From Bacteroidales bacterium (GTDB lineage: Bacteria > Bacteroidota > Bacteroidia > Bacteroidales > UBA4181): a DNA stretch of 64,000 bases. The stretch covers positions 6,749 through 70,748 of the forward strand of contig JAVBNP010000006.1 of assembly GCA_031551455.1 (NCBI GenBank), read 5' to 3'. The notes beneath the pieces were generated by a model. It saw nothing but the letters and a program-made list of their open reading frames with translations, made no database searches and was not told the origin of the DNA. The translations under genes were made by a program, and so were the position numbers. Positions 10,193-17,716 of the stretch are shown in pieces (the stretch's first letter is position 1; each line of letters starts with the position of its first letter).

Positions 10193-11206
10193 TTAACGGG
10201 TCCGATTAAAATCGTTCAATGCTTTGTAAAACGCATCGATGTTTTCGAAGCTTACATGCGGCGGAACGTCGCATCCCGACGAAAGAATATAATTTTTGTA
10301 CTCCTTGGTGCGTTCCAGCAATTCGTAAACCGTTTTGTACAACTGGTCGGGAGTCATCATTTTGATCATACCCACGGGATCGACGTTACCCATGACAAGC
10401 AGGTTGCCGGGGCAAGCTTTCAACGCTTCGACCATATTGATGGCATTTCCGAAATGGTACGCATTTGCTCCCGTATAAAGCATGGCGTCGGTACATTGTC
10501 CCGTATTGCCGCAATTATGCAATACCACCATGAAACTGTCGTCTTGTACGACGGCAATCAATGTTTTCAGATATTCGGAAGAAAATTCCTTACAATCGTC
10601 GTTAGATAACAAGCCGGCAGCCGGTTCCGCAATCACCACACCGCTGCAACCGACACGTTTCAGCTCTTTACAATAAGCCGTGATAAATTGAGTACATTTA
10701 TCCAACAACATTTTGATGGCATCGGGCTCGATGTAACATGCCGTCATGATTTCGGACATGTCGAATAAACGTCCGGCCAACGAGAACGGACCAATAACAC
10801 CGGCTAACGTGGGTCTTCCCTTGATTTGCTCCACCACGAGCTTATTCGCTTTCAAATATTCGGGAACACGACCGGCGGTGAGGGCGGGAACTTTCAGTTT
10901 TTCTATTTCTTCGGCTGTGCTTACCAAACGACCCAAAATGTGGGGCATGTCGTTATCGGGAAATTCTATTTTGCAACCGAAAGCTTCCGCTTCCACGGTC
11001 AAATCCATGATTACCGTTGTTGCGGCCGACGGATATTTGTCGCTCAAGGCTTTGATGGCTTGTGCATGTACTTCTCCGCTTTTCACGGCATCGACCACCC
11101 GTTTGCCGATCATTTCGATACCCGGATGCGTCATGATCGGAATGGCGCTGCGTTTTTTATCCGCAACGATTTGCTCCATCCATTTTTTCATATTCATTGT
11201 TTCCAT
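10193..11206 (-). CDS. MtaA/MtbA/CmuA-type methylcobamide methyltransferase (URO-D fold)
   Basis: 337 aa and immediately downstream of the corrinoid protein gene. It carries VVLHNCGN (H-x-C) and ILSSGCDVPP, the zinc-ligand pattern of MtaA-type enzymes. No HemE RQAGR motif. Confidence 0.75.
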   Translation of the reverse strand: METMNMKKWMEQIVADKKRSAIPIMTHPGIEMIGKRVVDAVKSGEVHAQAIKALSDKYPSAATTVIMDLTVEAEAFGCKIEFPDNDMPHILGRLVSTAEEIEKLKVPALTAGRVPEYLKANKLVVEQIKGRPTLAGVIGPFSLAGRLFDMSEIMTACYIEPDAIKMLLDKCTQFITAYCKELKRVGCSGVVIAEPAAGLLSNDDCKEFSSEYLKTLIAVVQDDSFMVVLHNCGNTGQCTDAMLYTGANAYHFGNAINMVEALKACPGNLLVMGNVDPVGMIKMMTPDQLYKTVYELLERTKEYKNYILSSGCDVPPHVSFENIDAFYKALNDFNRTR

Positions 11207-11232
11207 CTTCTGTTCTTTTTAAAAGGTTGCGA

Positions 11233-11922
11233 TTAAGCGGTCAAACGATCCAAAATATCGACCAATGCCTGAGGTTCGGACGAATAATAATCCGCGCCGA
11301 TTTTCTTGGCGAATTCGTTATTTAACGGAGCTCCGCCGATACAGGTAACAGCTTTCGGGAACTCGGCTTTGATCGCTTTGTTGATTTTTTCCATGTTCAC
11401 CATGGTAGTGGTAAGAAGAGCCGACATGCCGACAAAGGCGTCGGGATTCTCTTTGATGGCGGCAATGAACTTTTCCGCCGAAACGTCCACACCGAGATCG
11501 ATTACTTCGTAACCGTTGCCTTCAACGATCATGCTCACCAAATTTTTTCCGATATCGTGCAAATCGCCTTCTACCGTGCCGATGATGAATTTTCCTTTAC
11601 GTTTTACCGATCCGTCGTTGAAGAATTTTTTCAAGTGGGCCATGGCTCCGCTCATGGCTTTGGCGCTCATCAACACTTGGGGCACGAAAACCTTATTTTC
11701 TCTGAACTTTACGCCCACTTTGCCCATACCTTCAATCAATCCGTGCGTAAGAATTTCGCCGGGACTAACGCCTTCGTTCAACGCTTGCACCGTAAGTTCG
11801 TCGGCGCCGGGTTGACCTTTCATGTCGGGGGGATAAGGAGAAGTTTGGTTGATCTTTCCGAATTCCACGCATTTCGCAATTTGTTCCAAAATACTACTCA
11901 TAGTTCCAAAATTTAAATTCAA
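11233..11922 (-). CDS. Corrinoid (cobalamin)-binding methyltransferase partner protein (MtaC/MtbC/MtvC-like)
   Basis: N-terminal helical cap domain followed by the B12-binding signature GDLHDIGKN (DxHxxG), MSALLTT (SxL) and IGGAPL (GG). Confidence 0.85.
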   Translation of the reverse strand: MNLNFGTMSSILEQIAKCVEFGKINQTSPYPPDMKGQPGADELTVQALNEGVSPGEILTHGLIEGMGKVGVKFRENKVFVPQVLMSAKAMSGAMAHLKKFFNDGSVKRKGKFIIGTVEGDLHDIGKNLVSMIVEGNGYEVIDLGVDVSAEKFIAAIKENPDAFVGMSALLTTTMVNMEKINKAIKAEFPKAVTCIGGAPLNNEFAKKIGADYYSSEPQALVDILDRLTA

Positions 11923-11925
11923 TAT

Positions 11926-12675
11926 TTATAATTCTTTTATTTTAATGTTTTTATATGACACTTTGTCGCCATGATCCTGTAACAGGATATAGCCTTCGGC
12001 AACTTCGCCGTATCCCGCTTTATCTTTGAATTTGGATTTTTGTACCAACGCCTTGAATTCGTCGCTGCCCAATACATAACTCAGCATTAATTCGCCGTTT
12101 AACCAATGTTCCACATGTCTGTCTTTGCTGACGATGCGACCACTGTTCCATTCGCCCGTGGGGTTGACTTTTTTTGTGTCCGGAGCTTCAATCAGTTCAT
12201 ATAAACCGCCCAATTTGCAACCTACTGGAATTTTATCCGTTTGGAAAATCGGATGTACTCCGTCGTCGATGATTTGATATTCCGGGCCGAAGACGTAAGC
12301 GCTGTTGGGATTTCCCAGCGATTCGTCCACGAAATATTTGATGCCGCTGTTGGCTCCCGGAGACATTTTGAAATCGAAAGTCAGATCGAAGTTTCCGTAT
12401 TTTTTCACGGTAACCAAGTCGCCGCCGTTAGCCGATTCTCCTCCTTTGCTTTTTTCGACGATCAAACAACCGTCTTCAACTCGCCAACCATGTTTCGGCA
12501 GACTATCGGTATAAATACGACGCCAACCGTTCATGGTTTTTCCGTCGAAAAGAAGTTGCCAACCATCTTTTTTTTCTTTTTCGGTCAATTGATTGTCTGC
12601 CGAAGGCGAAGAACCTCCGCAGGAAAAAATAAATGCGCAACAGGCAATGAGAAAAGGGATTTGGATGATTTTCAT
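11926..12675 (-). CDS. DUF1080 (3-keto-disaccharide hydrolase family) lipoprotein
   Basis: Start set at MKIIQIPFLIACCAFIFSC; ATG complement at 12673-12675. GWQLLFDGKTMNGW, GDLVTVKKYGNFDL, NSGIKY, PEYQIIDD, GGLYEL, GEWN and ILLQDHGDKVSYKNIKIKEL match the DUF1080 pattern. Confidence 0.8.
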   Translation of the reverse strand: MKIIQIPFLIACCAFIFSCGGSSPSADNQLTEKEKKDGWQLLFDGKTMNGWRRIYTDSLPKHGWRVEDGCLIVEKSKGGESANGGDLVTVKKYGNFDLTFDFKMSPGANSGIKYFVDESLGNPNSAYVFGPEYQIIDDGVHPIFQTDKIPVGCKLGGLYELIEAPDTKKVNPTGEWNSGRIVSKDRHVEHWLNGELMLSYVLGSDEFKALVQKSKFKDKAGYGEVAEGYILLQDHGDKVSYKNIKIKEL

Positions 12676-12753
12676 GAGTTTGATTTTTTCGTTAACGGTA
12701 TTAATTTCGAGATCTACTTGCAAATATAAGGTTATTGTTTTGAATATCGGCTA

Positions 12754-13773
12754 CTACAATGAATTTCTGATAATGACTTTCGTCGGAATATTTTTTTGAA
12801 CGAATTGTTGCGTTTCGACGAATTGTCGAATTTCGATTCCCATTTGTCTGAAATCGGTGCTCACGACGGTGATTCCGTTTCGGATGATTTCTTTCATCGG
12901 AGTTTCGTTATATGAGATAATCCCGATATCCGTTCCTATTTTATACCCCGCTTCCTCCGAAAATTTAACAACTTTAATTAAGTCGTTATCCGTTATTACC
13001 AAAAAAGCCGAACCTTTTCGAATCATCTCTTTTTCGACCACGGTTTCGGTTGATCTGTATATGCCTGCGGCATCGCACACTCGGGAAAACGAATCTTTGA
13101 TTTCTTCGGGAAATCCTCTTCCGGGTGGAAATATCAACCGGAAACAATCGTATTTTTTTATCCGATCGCTTGCTTGCAATAATGCGTTTATCAATTCATC
13201 ATCAAACCGTTGACTGATGTACGACGCATCGCTCAAAGCCGGTGGACGAATGATTTGCAACAATTTATGTTTGGGAATTTCGTTCAATACTTTTTTTACC
13301 GAAGGATGTTGAAAACAGGTAACAAGATACAGTCCGTATAATCCGACATGCTCCTTAATGACGGCGCGAAAAACGTCGGGATTGCAATGATGAAAAAACA
13401 AGTCCGTCCCGATATTTTTCGATTCGAGTCCCGAAATGATTTCTTTGTACAGAATTTCGTGATAGGAATCGAAAGAAGTCAAAAAAAGCATCACTTTTAA
13501 CTGACGATCAACGCCCCTGTTTCCGACGAAATAACCTATTCTGTTTTTTGATTCGATGACTCCGTTTTTTTTCAGCTCATTCAATGCTTTCACGACCGTC
13601 ATGCGGGCAAAACCGGTTTGGGCAATGATATAATTGACGGACGGCAACGGATCACCTCGTCGCAGTTTTTTTTCGGAAATCATTTGCACGATTCCGTCGA
13701 TCACTTTCGTTTGCTTTGATTTATTGCCGCCGGCATTGAAAACACCACTCATGGCTGTTCTATATTTACCCAT
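12754..13773 (-). CDS. GntR-type HTH regulator fused to a LacI/periplasmic-binding-protein-like sugar-sensing domain
   Basis: RGDPLPSVNYIIAQTGFARMTVVKALNELKKNGVIESKNRIGYFV is a GntR winged helix. The remaining roughly 250 aa alternate beta-alpha like a Peripla_BP domain. Confidence 0.75.
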   Translation of the reverse strand: MGKYRTAMSGVFNAGGNKSKQTKVIDGIVQMISEKKLRRGDPLPSVNYIIAQTGFARMTVVKALNELKKNGVIESKNRIGYFVGNRGVDRQLKVMLFLTSFDSYHEILYKEIISGLESKNIGTDLFFHHCNPDVFRAVIKEHVGLYGLYLVTCFQHPSVKKVLNEIPKHKLLQIIRPPALSDASYISQRFDDELINALLQASDRIKKYDCFRLIFPPGRGFPEEIKDSFSRVCDAAGIYRSTETVVEKEMIRKGSAFLVITDNDLIKVVKFSEEAGYKIGTDIGIISYNETPMKEIIRNGITVVSTDFRQMGIEIRQFVETQQFVQKNIPTKVIIRNSL

Positions 13774-14079
13774 ACAAATGTATTTATTGATTTGTTATAT
13801 GATAAGCATTTAGAACAGAAAAGCTTCAAGTAGAACAGTAATTTGGAATGATTCCGGATAATAATATGTCACAAAGACACGAAGAAGATACAAAAATGAA
13901 TCGAAATTTTATGTTTACGAGCAGGCTAACGCGTTATCCTTATTTGCGTTTTTCGAAAAGCATCGATAACGAAATGTGTATTGATGATTTCTGTTAAACA
14001 ATTGTTTCAAGATATTATGATTTATTTTCTCACAAGGCAAAATCGAATCAAACAAATCGAACTCCGTAAAAAATCAACG

Positions 14080-14126
14080 GGAGCATTAAAATTGATCATA
14101 CGATTTTTTATCAATTTTAATGCTCC
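14080..14126. terminator. Strong hairpin downstream of the cupin gene (possible bidirectional terminator)
   Basis: ggagcattaaaattgat-(13 nt)-atcaattttaatgctcc: a 17-bp perfect stem with A/T runs on both flanks. Confidence 0.5.
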
Positions 14127-14157
14127 AGAGAAGGATTTTGAACCAAATGTCGGCAGA

Positions 14158-14691
14158 TCAATGATGATGTTCCGCTTCTTCCGAATCTTTTTGGGTTTTA
14201 TGTACCGTTCCGTGCGGATGTTCCACCGGCGAATAAATCGAGTACAATTTCAACGGTTTATCGCCGATGTTGACGAGGTTGTGCCATTTCCCCGCGGGAA
14301 CAAATACAGCAAAATCTTTGCCCGCCATTTCCGTGAAATCGAGAGCGTCTTCACTGTCCCCCATCATTACTTTTGCTTTACCGTCTTCGATCCGTAAAAA
14401 CTGGTCGGTATCCGGATGGCGTTCCAAACCGACATCGCCTCCCACGGGAATGGACATCAAGGTTACCTGAATTTTCCCGCCTGTCCATAAGGCGGTTCTG
14501 AAATTGTCATTGGCGTCGGTGTAAGACTCGATATCCAATACGGTCGGCTCCGCACCGTAATCTTTCAACAGCACTTCCGTCTTCGCTATCTTTTCCTCAC
14601 TTACGGCACTTTTGGGGTTTTGATGGCAAGAAGTTCCAAACAATCCGAAAAAAGGCAAACAGAGAACAAATAAAACCGATTTCTTTTTCAT
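14158..14691 (-). CDS. Exported cupin-domain protein (lipoprotein signal, C-terminal His-rich tail)
   Basis: MKKKSVLFVLCLPFFGLFGTSC signal. Cupin-like GLERHPDTDQFLRIEDG ... FVPAGKWHNLVNIG. Ends in EEAEHHH. Confidence 0.6.
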   Translation of the reverse strand: MKKKSVLFVLCLPFFGLFGTSCHQNPKSAVSEEKIAKTEVLLKDYGAEPTVLDIESYTDANDNFRTALWTGGKIQVTLMSIPVGGDVGLERHPDTDQFLRIEDGKAKVMMGDSEDALDFTEMAGKDFAVFVPAGKWHNLVNIGDKPLKLYSIYSPVEHPHGTVHKTQKDSEEAEHHH

Positions 14692-14951
14692 GGCTTGATG
14701 TATTAAAGGTTTATATAGTTATTAACAAACGAACACGCGAATCGGCACATCGAATAAGAATATTTTGTTGACAAAATATCGTTTTTTCCTTACATGCGTA
14801 AAAAGTTACCAATTATCAATATTTCGTCTTTATTCGGTTGTCTCTTTCCTTAACCCGTAAATAATTTTGTCAAATATAACGAATTAGATGTTCAATTCAA
14901 AGATCCGATTTCCAAAAACATAATGTTTTGCTGTCAGCATAATAAAGATAA

Positions 14952-15077
14952 GACTGTCCAAAAAGCTATTTTTATCTCGTCATTGCGAGCGGTAATGAAG
15001 AAATATCTTTGACTATTAGAAGATTACTTCGTCGTTCCTCCTCGCAATGACGTTCATTTCCGACTTTTTGAACAGTC
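14952..15077. repeat. 126-bp nested inverted repeat (MITE/REP-like element)
   Basis: Outer arms gactgtccaaaaagc / gactttttgaacagtc have 1 mismatch. Inner arms cgtcattgcgag / ctcgcaatgacg are perfect over 12 bp. It lies between the TonB-receptor stop and the cupin promoter region. Confidence 0.5.
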
Positions 15078-15098
15078 GTATCACGTAAAAAATCAAAT

Positions 15099-17288
15099 TT
15101 AAAATCCGACTGTCAGTTTAGCCATGAAATTGCGAAACGGTTGCGGGAAAAAATATTTTGCCGTCCACGCCTCACCAGCGTAATATCCTCTGTAAACCGA
15201 CGCATTCGAGATATAATCCGCATTCCAAAGGTTGTAAACGGCCATTTGCAGCCCGACGTAATACTTTTTGAAATCGATTCGATATTGCGCCACGGCATTG
15301 TTGACAAAATATCCGTCCAATCGGCGACCGGCGTTCGACGTATTGTCATAATATTGTTTGCCGACATATTTTGCCGTCATGCTCACGGATAATCCCTTAA
15401 TGATCTCATAAGAAACATCGGCCGATCCGACCCATTCGGGAGAGTAGGCCAAATCGGTTGTACCCAAATGCTCCTCGCGTTGGGGAAGATCGTCGTTGTT
15501 CTCATCTTTTACTTCCAAGTATGCCGTATAATCTTTGATCTTGTTGCGGCTGAATGCAATGTTTCCGTTAATTTCCAGCTTTCGTATCGGACGTATACCG
15601 AAAACAAGTTCAATACCCGCACGGTAACTTTCCGGAACATTTTCCATGAGCGCATAACCCGTATCGCTGAGTTTTCCGGTATTGACCAATTGATCGGTAT
15701 AATACATGTAGAACAAATTGGCGCCGAATGACAGCATATTGTTTTTCAGCTCGTACCCTGCTTCAACATCATACAATGTTTCGGGTTTCGGGAAAGCCGT
15801 ACCGCCGTATTTGAATGCATCTTTAATGTCGGCTCGCGTCGGCTCGCGTCGACCCACGGCAAACGAAGCATAGGCACGTTGTCCCGACGCGAAGGCAAAA
15901 GTGATTCCCGCTTTCGGATTGAAAAAATCGTAATCGTGCGTCTGAGTGAGGTCGCCGAAATCGTCGTCGGGTCCTTTCATGTCGTACCCGATGTGCCGCC
16001 ATTGAACGTCTCCGAAGACATACCAACGCTTCGCGAGTTGTTGCGTTACCTTCAAGTAAGCGCCGAGATCGGTTTTATCGCCCGTGTTACGATACCATTC
16101 GTACCCGGCAGGGACGAGATCCCGATCTTGCGCCCAAATAATATCGCCGTAATGATCGTTGTCGAAATAACTTCCCGAAACGCCCAAGTGTGCGCGGGTT
16201 TTTTCCGTAACGTACGAAGCCGTTACCGTGCCTCCCCAAAGATGATTATCAAGCCACTTGCGGCGAACCAAATCGGTCGTATTTGAAGGCAACCCATAAT
16301 CTTCCAATGCGGCGTCTTCCTTATACTGCTCATAATATCCTTTTCCTCGGACATAGTACAAAACCGTATTCAATTTAACATGATCGCTAAGTCGTTCTCC
16401 GTAATGAAGGTGAACATGTGCTTGGCGGTAATTGTCGGTTTCGTTGTCATAACGGACCAATTTACCTTCATTGTCGGTATAAAGTCCCGAAGGATTATAA
16501 CGCCGATCGGTCGCCATTTTTTCCTCGGGAACACCGTCCCACGAAATGTCCGTGCATTGATCGCCGTAAAAAACATTCATTTTAACGGTGCGTTGTCCGG
16601 ATGAATAACCGCCCGTGAAAAATACCGATTGCTGATCGGAGCCGCCATGTTCAATATATCCGTCGGTTCGTCCCAACGAATAACGAACATCCGCATTCCA
16701 ACCGTTTTTGCTGCGCCCCGTCCCCGCGGCTGCATTCAGCTTAAACGTGTTGAAGGAACCGTAGGCCGCACCGATTTCACCGTACGGATCGATACTTGGT
16801 TGCGCCGTTTGCATGTTGAGCGTTGCCCCGAAAGCAGCCGTTCCGTTGGTTGACGTACCCACGCCCCGTTGTATCTGCAACGATTGCAACGACGATAATA
16901 AATCGGGCATGTTTACCCAAAACACGGATTGGCTTTCGCCGTCGTTTACCGGCACACCGTCGAAGGTCACGTTAATGCGCGTAGCGTCGCTTCCACGCAC
17001 ACGAAATGATTGATTCCCGATACCGGCGCCGTTTTCCGAAGTCATCACCAACGAAGGACTAAATCCGATGGCATTGGGGATTTCCGGTAATACCATTATT
17101 TTTTCGGCATCCGAAGCTTTAATATCGGTAAAAGTCGTCGGAGTACGACCATCGGCGCGCGTGGCCGAAATGACTACTTCCGACAGTTCCGCTTGCCGAA
17201 TCGTATCGATCGGCTGTTTCGGAATTTGAGCATATATGCTCGAAACGCCGCATAATACTGCGGCAAATAAAATTTCCTTTTTCATCAA
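15099..17288 (-). CDS. TonB-dependent outer-membrane receptor (thiamine/TPP-riboswitch controlled)
   Basis: Signal peptide MMKKEILFAAVLCGVSSIYAQ. Plug-domain motifs (VVISATR, GVGTSTNG). C-terminal beta-barrel ending in F (KLTVGF). A TPP riboswitch lies in the 5' leader. Confidence 0.85.
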   Translation of the reverse strand: MMKKEILFAAVLCGVSSIYAQIPKQPIDTIRQAELSEVVISATRADGRTPTTFTDIKASDAEKIMVLPEIPNAIGFSPSLVMTSENGAGIGNQSFRVRGSDATRINVTFDGVPVNDGESQSVFWVNMPDLLSSLQSLQIQRGVGTSTNGTAAFGATLNMQTAQPSIDPYGEIGAAYGSFNTFKLNAAAGTGRSKNGWNADVRYSLGRTDGYIEHGGSDQQSVFFTGGYSSGQRTVKMNVFYGDQCTDISWDGVPEEKMATDRRYNPSGLYTDNEGKLVRYDNETDNYRQAHVHLHYGERLSDHVKLNTVLYYVRGKGYYEQYKEDAALEDYGLPSNTTDLVRRKWLDNHLWGGTVTASYVTEKTRAHLGVSGSYFDNDHYGDIIWAQDRDLVPAGYEWYRNTGDKTDLGAYLKVTQQLAKRWYVFGDVQWRHIGYDMKGPDDDFGDLTQTHDYDFFNPKAGITFAFASGQRAYASFAVGRREPTRADIKDAFKYGGTAFPKPETLYDVEAGYELKNNMLSFGANLFYMYYTDQLVNTGKLSDTGYALMENVPESYRAGIELVFGIRPIRKLEINGNIAFSRNKIKDYTAYLEVKDENNDDLPQREEHLGTTDLAYSPEWVGSADVSYEIIKGLSVSMTAKYVGKQYYDNTSNAGRRLDGYFVNNAVAQYRIDFKKYYVGLQMAVYNLWNADYISNASVYRGYYAGEAWTAKYFFPQPFRNFMAKLTVGF

Positions 17289-17432
17289 AACAAGGTTTAT
17301 CGATCCATGTTTCGAACGTAAGATTTGAGGCCTCTATGAATTACCGATGAGGTAAACACCTAAAAACTTAACGCTCGAAGCGTGAATCGGGTTCAACAAA
17401 AAAGGGGATTGGTGAGATAAAAACGCGATGAA

Positions 17433-17540
17433 GAAAATTGCCCCGCGGCGGCAATCCTTATCCCTACGCCGGCATCAACCGGATCAGGTTCAATGGGTAT
17501 GATCTCAGTCCGTTGCGTACGGACACCCCTAAAAGATTCG
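17433..17540 (-). promoter_or_regulatory. TPP (THI-box) riboswitch with a possible short terminator-like hairpin
   Basis: The minus strand reads AGGGGUGUCCGUACGCAACGGACUGAGAUCAUACCCAUUGAACCUGAUCCGGUUGAUGCCGGCGUAGGGAU. This matches the conserved THI-box cores (GGGGUG, CUGAGA, ACCC, ACCUGAUCNGG..AAUGCCNGCGUAGGGA). It is followed by AUUGCC-GCCGCGG-GGCAAU UUUCUU. Confidence 0.9.
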
Positions 17541-17716
17541 GCCGCAAAAGTAGTGTTTTTTACGGAATTCGACAAATTTTATTTGAATATTGATTTTGAG
17601 AAACGGATTTGCATAAATCCTTATCTACAAATTCACAAATAACGCAACAAACAAAAGGGCCACTCTTGCGAATGACCCTTTCCGGTATTACCTCTTATTT
17701 CTTACCTTTTACCTTA

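Noticed and set aside
15831-15850. Tandem 10-bp duplication ggctcgcgtc ggctcgcgtc inside the TonB-dependent receptor gene
   Set aside because: The reading frame is intact across it (it encodes ..GRREPTRADIK..). It is a single two-unit coincidence and not evidence of slippage or phase variation.
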